Numbered from the stretch's first letter, positions 49,539 through 60,415 are shown. The stretch: DNA of 64,000 bases from Acidobacteriota bacterium (GCA_018269055.1 JAFDVI010000001.1:69443-133442); one strand, 5' to 3'. Notes: generated by a model not told the origin, from the sequence alone. Program-made: numbers and translations.

Positions 49539-49895
49539 ATGACCAGATTCACGAGAAAAAGTATCTTTATTGTATTTGTGGCAGTGGCGTTGATCCTTAT
49601 GGCAACCACCATGACTCGCTCAACGGATGCTGCCTATTTCCAAAGCGCCAAATCGCTCTTTGCCCAAAAGTGCGCCGTCTGCCATGGCAATGATGGAGCC
49701 GGCAACACCGCCAAAGGCAAAGAAGTCAAAGCCAGAAATTGGAAAACTGACGCGGAAGTCAAAAAGATGACGGATGCCAAGATGTTGGAAATCGTCTCGA
49801 AGGGCAAAGGGAAGATGGAAGCGTACGAAAAATCACTCGGTAAAGATAAGGTGCAAATGCTCGTCACTTACAGCAAGGAATTGATGGGCAAATAA
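49539..49895 (+). CDS. Monoheme class I cytochrome c (c6/c553-like)
   Basis: A single CAVCH with a distal Met ligand region and a signal peptide. GGAAGGAG RBS. Confidence 0.8.
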   Translation: MTRFTRKSIFIVFVAVALILMATTMTRSTDAAYFQSAKSLFAQKCAVCHGNDGAGNTAKGKEVKARNWKTDAEVKKMTDAKMLEIVSKGKGKMEAYEKSLGKDKVQMLVTYSKELMGK

Positions 49896-49974
49896 TTCCT
49901 CACATCTCAAACTTCAGCCGCAGATCAACGCGCGTCTGCGTTCATCTGCGGCTTCATTTATACGGAGGCTTCAC

Positions 49975-50604
49975 ATGACGGGAACAACGACCATAGTTGT
50001 GGCTGTTATTCTGTTCAGCGTGTTGCTGATTGCCTGGTTGACCATCCGCCCCTCCATCACCACCACCCGTGGCGGCAAGATGTTGGCTTTTGTGGCGCTG
50101 TTGGTCTTTCCGGTTTTGGCCGGAGGCATGGGCGTCAATGAACACATTCAACATTCCAAAACCACCAATTTCTGTTTGTCTTGCCACGTGATGGAAGATT
50201 ACGGGAAAAGTCTGCACGTAGACGATCGCAGCTATATCCCGGCAATTCACTATCAGAACCATTTGGTTCCGCACGATAACGCCTGTTTTACCTGCCATAC
50301 GGATTACACGATGTTTGGCGATTACAAAGCCAAACTGCGAGGTTTGAAGCATGTATATGCGTATTACATCGGCAAACCGATGCAGCCGTTGAAATTGTAC
50401 ACGCCTTACAATAACCGCGAATGCCTGCATTGCCATTTGGGTGCACGTGGATTTGAAGAATCGGAAGCCCACACCAAGGAAGCCGATATGATGGCAAGGA
50501 TCAAGAACAACCAACTCGGTTGCACAACCAGCGGTTGCCACAGTATTGTCCACAACATCAGCAGCTTGAAAGAGGCGACGTTCTGGAAGGAGGAAGGCAA
50601 ATGA
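49975..50604 (+). CDS. NapC/NirT/NrfH-family membrane-anchored multiheme cytochrome (quinol dehydrogenase-like)
   Basis: N-terminal TM helix. Heme motifs CLSCH, CFTCH, CLHCH and a CTTSGCH variant. ACGGAGG RBS. Confidence 0.7.
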   Translation: MTGTTTIVVAVILFSVLLIAWLTIRPSITTTRGGKMLAFVALLVFPVLAGGMGVNEHIQHSKTTNFCLSCHVMEDYGKSLHVDDRSYIPAIHYQNHLVPHDNACFTCHTDYTMFGDYKAKLRGLKHVYAYYIGKPMQPLKLYTPYNNRECLHCHLGARGFEESEAHTKEADMMARIKNNQLGCTTSGCHSIVHNISSLKEATFWKEEGK

Positions 50605-50798
50605 ATACCAAACTGAACAAGATCGAAAAACGTATTCGTCTTTCAGGTATGTTGTTGATCGCCGGATTGCTGGTCGAGCTTACGACGCTGAACTGGTCAC
50701 ATCCGACTTCATTTCTTTTCTTCCTGGGGGTTGGCGGATTGCTGATGGCCCTCGGAATTCTGGTATTTCTGATCTCCCTGGTTTCTGCCGAAGGATGA
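50601..50798 (+). CDS. Small 2-TM membrane protein coupled to the NapC/NrfH-like gene
   Basis: 65 aa. Its ATG overlaps the upstream stop (ATGA). A GGAGGAAGG RBS lies just before it. Two hydrophobic helices. Confidence 0.5.
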   Translation: MNTKLNKIEKRIRLSGMLLIAGLLVELTTLNWSHPTSFLFFLGVGGLLMALGILVFLISLVSAEG

Positions 50799-50823
50799 AA
50801 GCTGGGAAATTCGATGTATAAAA

Positions 50824-50862
50824 ACAGCCCCTGTCGTTTTTCAAGCGGCAGGGGCTGTTTTG
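50824..50862 (+). terminator. Intrinsic terminator of the cytochrome operon
   Basis: cagcccctg-(15 nt)-caggggctg, a 9-bp perfect stem, then TTTTGG. Confidence 0.7.
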
Positions 50863-51198
50863 GTGATCAACGCTCGGAGAAGGAGGGACCGACGATTACC
50901 GAGTGTGACCATTCTCCATTGCTTCTCATTTACGACATTCGATCACCAATGATGACAGCAAGAAATATGCCTTCCGCCTACTGCCAGGATTGCTGACTTT
51001 AAGACGCCGCTGCAAAACCATGCTGGTGGGAATTCCTCAGTTCTGGGGCAAATCGCTCGGCGCTTGCTGCCAAATCCGCACAAAGCCATTTTAGCAATCC
51101 TGTGGCGGAATCTTGCTTCCCAACATGCTCGTGCTAAACTCCGGCTTCGTTTTCCCGTAATCCATCGATTCAACTCCACCGTCACCAGGAGAGAGCAA

Positions 51199-53526
51199 AT
51201 GAAAAGATTCAGTCTCGTCCGCGTCTCGCTATTTGTGCTTTTTGTTTTTGCGGCCGAAGGGCAATTTCTTCCCAATTCCCAAGCCAAAGACACTGCAAAA
51301 ACTTCGCTGGAAAAAATCGCCCACTCCATCACCATTTACCGCGACAAATGGGGCGTGCCGCACGTTTACGGCCCGACGGATTACAGCGTGATGTTCGGCT
51401 TTATGTATGCCCAGGCCGAGGACAATTTCTGGCAAATCGAAGACAGCTACATTCAGGCGATTGGCCGCGCCGCCGAAGCTTATGGCGAAAACGCCGTGCT
51501 TTCGGCCAACGCCGGACGACCGCTGGAATCCGACCTGATCAACCGGCAGTTGGAAATTAACCGGTTGGCACAAGAGGATTACGCCAAGCTGAGCAAACAG
51601 GCCAAAGACATTTGTGATGCGACGGCGGATGGATTGAATTACTTTCTGGAAAAGAACCCGCAGGTCAAACCCATTCTGATCACCAAATTCGAGCCGTGGC
51701 ATTTGCTGGCGTTCAATCGCTTTGCGCAATACCAGCTTTTCATTTTTCGCCGGTTGGGATTGCGCCCGAATGAATTGCGCGCTTCGGTGCAGGAAGTTGG
51801 CGCGAAAACTTCCGTGGTGGCGGAACCCGAACTGGAAAAGACGGACTTTATCGCCGCCACGCCGATGGAGATGTTTTTCAATGATCCGAATGCCGCAGCG
51901 CAAATCGGTTCTAACACCTGGGCCATTGCGCCGAAGAAATCCGCCACCGGCAAAGCCATGTTGTTGGTCAATCCGCACCAGCCCTTCTTTGGTCCCGGCC
52001 AGTGGATCGAAGGCCACGTTCACAGCGACAGCGGCTGGAACATGTCCGGCGCTTCGTTTCCAGGCTCGCCCTTCCCTACGCTCGGTCACAACGACAATCT
52101 GGGTTGGAGCCATACGGTCAATGCGCCGGACGTGATTGATGCATGGGAAGAAAAATTCGACGACACAAGCCATCCACTGAATTACAAATACGGCAACGGT
52201 TACAAGTCTGCGACCGAATGGAGCGAAACCATTAAGGTAAAAACCGATACTGGAATCGTCGAGCGAACATTCAAAATGCGCAAAACGCATCATGGCCCAG
52301 TGATGGCTGTGCGCGATGGCAAACCGCTGGCGGTCAGAATGGCGGCGTGGGAAAACGCTGGAGGCGCTCTGGAACAACGCTACCTGATGTCCAAAGCGAA
52401 AAACCTGAAGGAATTCAAAGCGGCAATGTCGCACCTGGCTGTGCCGATGTTCAACACGATGTACGCTGACCGTGAAGGCAACATCTTTTACATCTACTAC
52501 GGCGCAGTGCCGAAACGCGATCCCAAATACGATTGGTCGAAATTCGTGGAGGGAAGCGATCCGGGCACGGAATGGCAGGGGTATCACTCGTTGGAGGAGT
52601 TGCCACAAATCCTGAATCCGGCTTCCGGCTTTGCCCAGAACTGTAACGCCACGCCGCTGCTGGCTTCAGGCGAAGAATTCGGCAAAGACGGCAATCCTGA
52701 CGGCGCGAAGTTCCCTGCGTATATGGTCACGGAAAAGGACAATCCGCGCTCAAGAATTTCACGCCGCGTGTTGAGCGAACGCCCCAAATTTACTTACGAA
52801 GATTGGACGAAAGCCGCCTACGACACACGTGTCATTGAAGCCGAACGATTGATTCCGCAACTCACCACCGAATTTGACAAGTTCAAAGCCGCCGATCCCG
52901 CCAAAGCCGAAAAGCTGGCGGAAGTCATTGCGATGTTGAAGGGCTGGAACGGCGTCAGCACCATTGATTCCGTGCCGATGACTGTGTTCACGCTCTACGC
53001 TTACACGCGCATTCAGCCGCAAGCGCAACAACTGACCAAAGGGCGCCCGTATCCGGAAGTGGATGTTTTGGATTATGTCGTCAACGATCTGACCAAGAAA
53101 TTAGGCACGTGGAAGGTGAAATGGGGCGACCTGATGCGCATTCAGCGCGTCCAGACCAGCGGCGTGCTGGAACCGTTTAGCGATGCCAAACCCAGCTTGC
53201 CGGTGGCGGGCGGCCCAGGCGATCCGGTTGGAATTGTGTTTAACTTTTACGCGCCGGAAGCGCGCGGGCAAAAACACCGTTACGGCATTGCGGGACATTC
53301 GTTTTTCAGCGTCATCGAATTCGGCGCAAAACCGCAGGCGCGCTCCGTGTTGCAATTCGGACAGAGCGCCGACCCGAAATCGAAACACTATTTCGACCAG
53401 GCCGAGTTGTATTCCAAGATGCAGTTCAAACCAGCATGGTTCGCGCTGGAAGAGATCAAAGCCAATCTGGAAACGTCGTACCATCCTGGCGAAAAAGCCG
53501 CGGCGGCCAGCGCTTCGGCAAAATAA
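51199..53526 (+). CDS. Penicillin amidase / acylase family protein (S45, Ntn hydrolase; possible AHL or beta-lactam acylase)
   Basis: Has a signal peptide. The family-typical N-terminal block is [13 protein letters not shown]...[16 protein letters not shown]. 775 aa. An AGGAGAGAG RBS precedes the ATG at 51199. Confidence 0.8.
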   Translation: MKRFSLVRVSLFVLFVFAAEGQFLPNSQAKDTAKTSLEKIAHSITIYRDKWGVPHVYGPTDYSVMFGFMYAQAEDNFWQIEDSYIQAIGRAAEAYGENAVLSANAGRPLESDLINRQLEINRLAQEDYAKLSKQAKDICDATADGLNYFLEKNPQVKPILITKFEPWHLLAFNRFAQYQLFIFRRLGLRPNELRASVQEVGAKTSVVAEPELEKTDFIAATPMEMFFNDPNAAAQIGSNTWAIAPKKSATGKAMLLVNPHQPFFGPGQWIEGHVHSDSGWNMSGASFPGSPFPTLGHNDNLGWSHTVNAPDVIDAWEEKFDDTSHPLNYKYGNGYKSATEWSETIKVKTDTGIVERTFKMRKTHHGPVMAVRDGKPLAVRMAAWENAGGALEQRYLMSKAKNLKEFKAAMSHLAVPMFNTMYADREGNIFYIYYGAVPKRDPKYDWSKFVEGSDPGTEWQGYHSLEELPQILNPASGFAQNCNATPLLASGEEFGKDGNPDGAKFPAYMVTEKDNPRSRISRRVLSERPKFTYEDWTKAAYDTRVIEAERLIPQLTTEFDKFKAADPAKAEKLAEVIAMLKGWNGVSTIDSVPMTVFTLYAYTRIQPQAQQLTKGRPYPEVDVLDYVVNDLTKKLGTWKVKWGDLMRIQRVQTSGVLEPFSDAKPSLPVAGGPGDPVGIVFNFYAPEARGQKHRYGIAGHSFFSVIEFGAKPQARSVLQFGQSADPKSKHYFDQAELYSKMQFKPAWFALEEIKANLETSYHPGEKAAAASASAK

Positions 53527-53540
53527 CTCAATGAAGTAAA

Positions 53541-53576
53541 GATGACCGGACAGCAATTGCCCGGTCATCTTTTTTC
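53541..53576 (+). terminator. Intrinsic terminator
   Basis: gatgaccgg-(11 nt)-ccggtcatc, a 9-bp perfect stem, then TTTTTTC. Confidence 0.75.
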
Positions 53577-53611
53577 ATTGTCTGCTTCGATTTAGGGTTA
53601 AGGCGTTAATC

Positions 53612-55771
53612 TTATTTGATCGCGATTTTGAGCGTATTTGCCTGCTTGCCGTTGACCAGGACTGCAACATCAACCTCTCCACGCCCGACCAGATTGCGTG
53701 AGAGCAGAACATTAAGCTGATCCAGCCCGGCAAATGTTCCCTGCGGCCCGGCATAAAGGGCATCCGCGCTAAGTCCGCCAATCTTCATCACCACATTACT
53801 GAGAGAACTACGATTTCGCACTCCGGTAGCAAACAGAATCAGGTAGACTCGATCCGTAGCCGACCCCAAATCAATCGGCGCGGCAATGAATTGTTTCGTC
53901 TTTGCGTCATAGTTCGTGATTGGTTCGTAGCTCTGTGAACCATCCGCTCTGATTCGTAACGCCAATCCCATCAACAGGCCCTGCCCACTCGAATCCGCCG
54001 AAAAAAGTCCAGGCGCGACAGATTCGATTTGAGCCTCACCCGTCGCAACCGTTTCATTTCCGCGGAGCACCGTGATTGCGGCCTTGCCGATTGCGACGCC
54101 CGACGGAAGCTGGAAGTTGATCTGATTGGGCGAGGCGAAAAAGAGCGGCGCAAAGGATTCCGCACCTTGGTTGTCGCGGACACGGACGCGGGTCCCCGCG
54201 AGGGTCGTCGGTAAAGGTTGCGTTGCCGCAATTTCAATTGACTCTGACAATCCACCCCCGAACGCAGCCACGATGGATTCGCTGGCCAGCGCAGTTCCTG
54301 CAAAACTGGCAGCCGAGACAGGGGTAATTAAACTTGGTTTGTTGGCGCGAAAAATATACGCCGAACCTTGATCTGCATTCTCTCCAATGTCGTCGCGCTG
54401 GGTCCCCACCGCCAAAGTGTCGCCGCTCATCGCGACGGTGACGCCAAAATTATCTTCAGCATCGCCATCATTGGCGGTAAGTTTCTGTTGCTGCGTCCAG
54501 ACCGCACCGCTGCGGGCATAGACAAAGACATCGCCCTGTTCCGCATTTTTACCAACGGTGTCGTAAAAAGCGCCCACCGCTATTGCTTCGCCGCTGATTG
54601 CGACCGATGTACTGAAGTAATTATGGAACGCTCCGTCATTGGCGATCAGTTTCTGTTGCTGCGTCCACATTCCGTTATTACGGATGAACACGTATGCCGA
54701 ACCTTCACTGCCCGGGGTGTAGGAATTGTCATCCAGTACCCCTACGACAATAGTCTGACCGCTCAGCGCAACTGAAAATCCAAACCCTTGCGCCGCCGCG
54801 GGATCAATCGGGTTGAGTCTCTGTTGCTGAACCCAGCCTCCGCCGCTGCGAGCGAAAACGTAAGCCGAGCCGACAATGCCAGGCACGCCGATCCTGTCAT
54901 ACTCCGCCCCAACCACAATCGTCTCGTCGCTCATCGCGACCGAGGAACCAAAATGATCGTTGGCGACACCGTCACTGGCGGTCAGCTTCTGCTTTTGCGT
55001 CCAATTATTGCCGCTGCGAGTGAAAACGTAAGCCGAGCCTTGGACAGAGTTCATACCGATATTGTCGAACTCCGCTCCAACCACAACCGTATCTCGGTTG
55101 ATCGCAACCGCAGTGCCAAAGTATTCACTGGCTCCGCCATCATTGGCAGTGAGTTTCTGTTGCTGCGTCCAGACTCCGCCGCTGCGAACGAAGACATAGA
55201 CGGAACCCTGGTTTGCGTTCGCGACGATATCGTCAAGAAACGCGCAGACCACCACAGTATCTCCGCTAATTGCGACAGAGTTGCCGAAATAATCATCGGC
55301 CGCGCCGTCATTGGCAATCAATCTTTGTTGTTGCGTCCAAACTCCGCCACTGCGAGTGAAGACATAGGCCGAGCCTTGATTTGCCACCTGTCCAATGTCG
55401 TCGCTAGGCGCGCCGACTATTGCTGTATCTCCATCCAAAGCAATTGACCATCCCAGCGCATCTTTGGCCGCGCCGTCGCTGGCGGTCACCTTCTGCTGTT
55501 GGATGTAATTGTTCGCGCTTATGCTCTGATCCCGCGCCACTGCCACAGCCGCCGACAGCGAATCATAACCGCCGTCTGCCTTGAGCTGCCGCACAGCCGC
55601 CCTGCCGCGCAATGTGGCAGTTTGTTCCGCTTGCGCCCGGCTTGGATGGAACCATGCCGCATATAGCGTCGCCGTCGCCAGTATGGCGCAAGCCGCAATC
55701 CACCGCCGGTTGCGTGCTGTTGCGCCTGTCGCGAAAAGCCATAAGTGACTATTCTGTGTGATCAATTTCAT
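53612..55771 (-). CDS. Secreted FG-GAP/integrin-alpha-like beta-propeller repeat protein with a C-terminal TIGR03437-like domain
   Basis: About nine repeats of ...DGAA.D.FG.SVAISGDT.VVGA..DDIG..NQGSAYVF.RSGG.WTQQQKL. The C-terminus is QINFQLP...YAGPQGTFAGLDQLNVLLS. Confidence 0.75.
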   Translation of the reverse strand: MKLITQNSHLWLFATGATARNRRWIAACAILATATLYAAWFHPSRAQAEQTATLRGRAAVRQLKADGGYDSLSAAVAVARDQSISANNYIQQQKVTASDGAAKDALGWSIALDGDTAIVGAPSDDIGQVANQGSAYVFTRSGGVWTQQQRLIANDGAADDYFGNSVAISGDTVVVCAFLDDIVANANQGSVYVFVRSGGVWTQQQKLTANDGGASEYFGTAVAINRDTVVVGAEFDNIGMNSVQGSAYVFTRSGNNWTQKQKLTASDGVANDHFGSSVAMSDETIVVGAEYDRIGVPGIVGSAYVFARSGGGWVQQQRLNPIDPAAAQGFGFSVALSGQTIVVGVLDDNSYTPGSEGSAYVFIRNNGMWTQQQKLIANDGAFHNYFSTSVAISGEAIAVGAFYDTVGKNAEQGDVFVYARSGAVWTQQQKLTANDGDAEDNFGVTVAMSGDTLAVGTQRDDIGENADQGSAYIFRANKPSLITPVSAASFAGTALASESIVAAFGGGLSESIEIAATQPLPTTLAGTRVRVRDNQGAESFAPLFFASPNQINFQLPSGVAIGKAAITVLRGNETVATGEAQIESVAPGLFSADSSGQGLLMGLALRIRADGSQSYEPITNYDAKTKQFIAAPIDLGSATDRVYLILFATGVRNRSSLSNVVMKIGGLSADALYAGPQGTFAGLDQLNVLLSRNLVGRGEVDVAVLVNGKQANTLKIAIK

Positions 55772-55927
55772 TCCTTCCCCCTCTCGAACGTTGAGCGGCC
55801 AACCTATGGTCGGTCGCCGATATTTTTGTGCTTGAGTGATGCAACGCTCCCACTCAACTACACATGCGAAAACTCGAGTTCGAATTGCTGGCGAAAGGAA
55901 GTTTTTATTTGCTTGTCGTAAACAGAA

Positions 55928-57235
55928 TCACTCTGCGCTCAAATACACGTACCGTAGCACAAACAGCACAGCCAGCACGTAGACCAGCGGACTGGCTTCG
56001 CGCCAACGTCCGGTCAATACCTTCAACAGCGGGTAAAAAATAAAGCCCAGCGCCAGGCCGTTGGCGATGGAAAAGGTCAGTGGCATGGCCAAAATGGTCA
56101 GAAACGCGGGAATGGCTTCGGTGATGTCGTCCCAGTCAATGGCTTTGACGGCGCTGATCATCAGCGCGCCGACGATGATCAACGCCGGAGCCGTCGCAAT
56201 CGCCGGAATGGCTCCGGCAATCGGCGAAAAGAATGCCGCCAGCAAAAACAACACGGCAACAACACTTGCGGTCAATCCGGTGCGTCCGCCTTCGCTGACG
56301 CCGGTGGCGCTTTCGATGTATGTCACCACCGTCGAGGTTCCAAACAGCGAACCGACAATTGTCGCAATCGCATCGGCAAACAGCGCGCGATTGACGCGCG
56401 GCATTTTACCGTCAGCGGACAAATATCCGGCTTGGCGTCCCAAGCCCATCAGCGAGCCAATCGTGTCGAACAAATCCACGAATAGAAACACGAACACAAC
56501 ATCGAACAAGCCGAGCTTCAAGGCGCCGCGAATATCCAGTTGCAGAAACGTCGAGCGCCAATCCGGCAGTTGAACAATTCCCTTCGGAAGCGGAGCCAAC
56601 TTGAACGCAATGGCCGCCACCGTCACGGCCAGAATCCCGATGATGATCGCCGATTTGAATCCGCGCGCCAGCAACACGCCTGTCACCAGTAACCCTCCCA
56701 ACGACAGCAACACCGGTTTGGAAATGATGTGGCCAAGTGTGACGTATGTGTTCGGTGAGGCGACGATAATTCCGGCGTTCTTCAACCCGATAAAAGCAAT
56801 GAACAACCCAATGCCAGCGGCGACGGCGGTTTTCATCGTCATCGGAATGGCGTCCACAATCATCGCTCGAATGCGTGCCATCGTCAGAATCAGAAAGACC
56901 ACGCCGGAAATGAACACCGCGCCGAGCGCCACGCGCCAGTCGTACCCCATCACCTTGACAACCGAATACGTGAAATACGCATTCAGCCCCATTCCCGGCG
57001 CGAGCGCGAACGGATAATTGGCGATCAATCCCATCATCAGCGAACCAACTGCCGCCGCGATGCACGTGGCAAACAGCGCGCCTGAAAACGGCACGCCCGC
57101 TTCGCTGAGAATCTTTGGATTGACGAAGATGATGTAGGCCATCGTCAGAAACGTCGTGACTCCGGCGGCGATTTCCGTGCGAATGGTCGTGTTGTTTTCG
57201 CTGAGCTCGAAAACTCGTTCGAGAACATTGGTCAT
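55928..57235 (-). CDS. NCS2-family nucleobase permease (AzgA/PbuG-like purine permease)
   Basis: 435 aa, about 13 TM helices. The N-terminus VFELSENNTTIRTEIAAGVTTFLTMAYIIFVNP is typical of adenine/guanine/hypoxanthine permeases. Its ATG overlaps the stop of the upstream gene. Confidence 0.85.
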   Translation of the reverse strand: MTNVLERVFELSENNTTIRTEIAAGVTTFLTMAYIIFVNPKILSEAGVPFSGALFATCIAAAVGSLMMGLIANYPFALAPGMGLNAYFTYSVVKVMGYDWRVALGAVFISGVVFLILTMARIRAMIVDAIPMTMKTAVAAGIGLFIAFIGLKNAGIIVASPNTYVTLGHIISKPVLLSLGGLLVTGVLLARGFKSAIIIGILAVTVAAIAFKLAPLPKGIVQLPDWRSTFLQLDIRGALKLGLFDVVFVFLFVDLFDTIGSLMGLGRQAGYLSADGKMPRVNRALFADAIATIVGSLFGTSTVVTYIESATGVSEGGRTGLTASVVAVLFLLAAFFSPIAGAIPAIATAPALIIVGALMISAVKAIDWDDITEAIPAFLTILAMPLTFSIANGLALGFIFYPLLKVLTGRWREASPLVYVLAVLFVLRYVYLSAE

Positions 57236-57996
57236 TGCTTGCTCGTTTGGTTTTGGTTGGGAGTGAAGTTTTCCAGCACTGGCACGTCGTTGCGTTCCAA
57301 CAAGCGCAATGCGGCGGCGATGACTTGATGTTGTAATTCGGCGTTATTCGGTTCACCCAACGGAAAGCCCATCGGAAACGGAACCCACAACGCGCGCGGC
57401 GGTTTCAGTTGCGCTGTCACTTCGCGCAACAACGAAATCGAAACCGTCGTAATGCCTTCCCGTTCAATCGCCGCCTGTACCAGACAAACTGTCTGGCTGC
57501 ACATCGGTCAAACGGGAGTCAGAAAGGCGACATTAACGCCGTCTTCCCGCAGCATTCGCGCGACTTGCGGAGCGGTTTGTTCGATCAATTTGCCGGGGCC
57601 GACAATCGAACCCATAAAACTGAAATGCCTGTGGTTGAGTTGGCCGATGATGCCGCGCGCTTCCAGTTCGCGAAACCGGTCGAGCGGAAACACCAGGTTT
57701 GTATCGGCGGCCAAGCCCAAGTGGTCAAACGCGTAGCTGCGATGCGATTCAATCAACGTTTGCGCTTCAATCGCAGTAGGAATTTCGCGGAATGTCGAAT
57801 CGCCCCTTTTGCTGGAATGGTCAAAACCACTTTGCTCCGGCGTTCGCAATCCGGCAGTTGTCACCAACGCCACGCGAGTTTCGTTGAGCGGTTTGCCTAA
57901 CTTCGCGCACAATCCCGGCTCAATTGCGTAGCGCGAAAACGGATAACCCTTCATAAACAGCCTGACGTGAAGGCTCAGATCGTTGTAAGTTGCCAT
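57232..57996 (-). CDS. Candidate selenoprotein with an in-frame TGA (Sec) at 57508-57510; tentatively a GrdB/PrdB-like reductase B family member
   Basis: Two adjacent same-frame ORFs (57508-58089 and 57232-57504) are separated only by TGA-CCG. Read through, they give ...VAFLTPV-U-PMCSQTVC..., a UxxC redox motif. A SECIS-like hairpin begins 11 nt downstream. The 5' end is uncertain: ATG at 57996 or GTG at 58089. Confidence 0.55.
57480..57496 (-). promoter_or_regulatory. SECIS-like stem-loop in the mRNA, 11 nt 3' of the in-frame UGA
   Basis: mRNA reads UGA-CCGAUGUGCAG-CCAGACA-GUU-UGUCUGG. A 6-7 bp perfect stem with G/U in the apical loop. The spacing matches bacterial SECIS elements such as fdhF. 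Confidence 0.5.
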
Positions 57997-58138
57997 GTTG
58001 ATTCTGATGAGTGTGGCGGAACCTTGTCGGCGGAATTGTACGCGATGCCGTTGCAAGTCCAAATGCTTGCTTGGCCAAATGGTGTACACTTAAGCGGAGC
58101 TTGGGTGCCCTACTTTTCTTTTGTCTTTTTTTGTTTTT

Positions 58139-60415
58139 ATGAGCAAAACTCTTCTGGCAGCAATTCTGATTTCAGCCATCGCATTTTGGCAACCGCCACC
58201 GGCTCACTCACAAGAAGCCGCAACGCAACAACCTGTTCCCATTGAGCGAATTTTGATTGATGCGTATGACGCCGCGCACGTCAACGGGCTGGTGTTCATC
58301 ACGGGGCAACAAAACGTGGTTGAGCAAAATTGTTTCGGCCTCCGTTTTCTGGTTTCCAACCCAAACGGCGTGGAAGTCAGTCCCAGCAAATTCGATCTAG
58401 GCCAGCATGCGCCAGACGGCAAGTTTGCGCGCGTCAGTTGGCAACCTCAATTCGATCCGCAAACGACAGTCACCTTGCGCTGGCATCGCGAAGGCAAACG
58501 ACTGGTTGTCGGGCAGGTGTCGGCTTCGGCAAACATCCGATTGACGATTGAAGCCTATCGCCCCTGGAGCAATGCGCACGACGAACAAAGCTGGGCGGTG
58601 TATTCCACGCCAAAAGACAATCGCACGATTCTGGGCGAACAAGTCCATAACCGGAAAATTCAGGTTCCGCTCAATCGCTTTCTGCTGAAAACCGACCGCG
58701 CCGCCATCGGCAAACCCGACCAGGGCGAAAATGCGAATGTTCCGCTTCCTTCTCCTAATGCTTTGCTGGTTTTTGACCTGACTCCGAATTCGCCCGTGGG
58801 ATTTGTCGCCGCCGTCGGCGAAGAGTTCCCGGCGATTGAAAGCGAAACTGAAAAACTGTCCTCTCATTCCGCCGCCGAACTTTTGGACAAAGCTGAAAAA
58901 GAATATGCGGCAATTGGTTCGGCTTCAGGTGGCGCGCTGGGCGACGGCGTTGAAGCTATCACGCGAATAACGATGTGGAATCGTTATTACTCGCCAGGCC
59001 AGAGATTTGAATACGTGACGCCACATCGGTTTTCCGGATCGGGAATGCGCGGTGACGTGCTGGGCGAAGATTCTTTGCTGATGTCCCTGTTGACCGGATT
59101 GACCAACGGCGAAAGCGCCTCCGCCAGTTTGAAAATTCTGTTGGCAGGACAAACTGCGGATGGGCGCATTCCGCTTCGCAGGTATCAGCAATCGGAAGCG
59201 GCGGGCGAACCGCCGGTGCTGGCTGGACGCTCCCTGCCACCGTTGGGAGCGCTGGCCGTGTTCAAAGTGTATTTGGAAACACAGGACGTGGCATTTCTGG
59301 CCTGGGCGTATCCGCATTTGCAACAATGGAATAATTGGTGGCACGCCAACCGCGGCGACAATCAACAATGGCGCGACGGCAATCGCGACGGATTGTTGGA
59401 AAACGGATTCGATGCCGAACTCGAATACGGCGCGATGGGCGCTCAATCATTGAGCAACCTAAAAAAACTGCAAATGGCTTTGGCGGAAGCGGAACTTTCA
59501 ACCAGCGAGGCAAAATTCAACGACGAAACGCACACGTTGACGATGTCGCCCGTGGCGCTGAATTCCCTGTATGCGCTGGACACGGAGTTGATGGCGTTGA
59601 TTTCGCGTGAAATCGGATTGACAACTGAAGCCGACCGCTGGCAGGCGCGTTACGATGAAATCAAACGGCTGATTAACGACTACCTGTGGAGCGAAGACGA
59701 CAAGCTGTATCTTGACCGGCATTGGGACGGGAAGTTTTCCAGCCGCAGAGCGCCGGATTTACTGCTGCCTCTGATTGCCGGGATTCCGGATCAACCGCGC
59801 GCAAAACTGCTGATCGAAACGATGTCCGGCTCCAAAGAACTGTCCGCATTGAGCGATGCAGAACATGCCGCCATCGGCTATCTGGTTTATCTGGGAATGA
59901 AGCGGTATGGATTTGAAAAACAAGCTTCACAACTGGCACAACAAAATTTGAAGGCGGCTGGCGCCACCAACCCTGGCGCAATGAATCCGTTGCGCGCGGC
60001 GTTTTGGCCTTTGCTGTATTTGCCCGCCACCGAAGAATTGCTTTCCGCAGATCCCTGGTTCGGGTTGACCTTCGGGAATTTGAATGCGACCGAAGAAGCG
60101 CACATTGATCGGTTGAAAATCGCTGGAGCAAGTTTTGATGTCACAATTGGCCCGAAACGCACCGTCATACGCCGCGACGGCAAGGTAGAAGTGGAATTTG
60201 AAGGGGCGGTCAAATTGCGCGGGTATCGAAGCAATGACCGCGTATTGTCTTGTTTGGTAGAAACCAAAACGGAAGTTCGCACGACAATTCCCGGCGAAGA
60301 AGGCAAGAAAATCACGGCCTCAGTGGACGAAAAGGTTTTGGGAAGCGCTTCGGTCGGCTCAGGAGCAAGTTTCAAGATCAGAGAAGGCAGCCACAAACTG
60401 CTGGTCGTCAAATAA
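58139..60415 (+). CDS. Secreted six-hairpin (alpha/alpha)6 glycoside-hydrolase-like protein (GH63/GH37/MGH1-like)
   Basis: Has a signal peptide. Trp/acidic-rich segments such as WNNWWHANRGDNQQWRDGNRDGLLENGFD are typical of GH63-like barrels. The ATG at 58139 is preferred over the TTG at 58121. Confidence 0.5.
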   Translation: MSKTLLAAILISAIAFWQPPPAHSQEAATQQPVPIERILIDAYDAAHVNGLVFITGQQNVVEQNCFGLRFLVSNPNGVEVSPSKFDLGQHAPDGKFARVSWQPQFDPQTTVTLRWHREGKRLVVGQVSASANIRLTIEAYRPWSNAHDEQSWAVYSTPKDNRTILGEQVHNRKIQVPLNRFLLKTDRAAIGKPDQGENANVPLPSPNALLVFDLTPNSPVGFVAAVGEEFPAIESETEKLSSHSAAELLDKAEKEYAAIGSASGGALGDGVEAITRITMWNRYYSPGQRFEYVTPHRFSGSGMRGDVLGEDSLLMSLLTGLTNGESASASLKILLAGQTADGRIPLRRYQQSEAAGEPPVLAGRSLPPLGALAVFKVYLETQDVAFLAWAYPHLQQWNNWWHANRGDNQQWRDGNRDGLLENGFDAELEYGAMGAQSLSNLKKLQMALAEAELSTSEAKFNDETHTLTMSPVALNSLYALDTELMALISREIGLTTEADRWQARYDEIKRLINDYLWSEDDKLYLDRHWDGKFSSRRAPDLLLPLIAGIPDQPRAKLLIETMSGSKELSALSDAEHAAIGYLVYLGMKRYGFEKQASQLAQQNLKAAGATNPGAMNPLRAAFWPLLYLPATEELLSADPWFGLTFGNLNATEEAHIDRLKIAGASFDVTIGPKRTVIRRDGKVEVEFEGAVKLRGYRSNDRVLSCLVETKTEVRTTIPGEEGKKITASVDEKVLGSASVGSGASFKIREGSHKLLVVK

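Noticed and set aside
55861-55890. tRNA-like T-loop string (gagttcgaattgc) in the intergenic region
   Set aside because: It does not match the GGTTCGAATCC consensus, and no acceptor stem or anticodon arm can be built around it.
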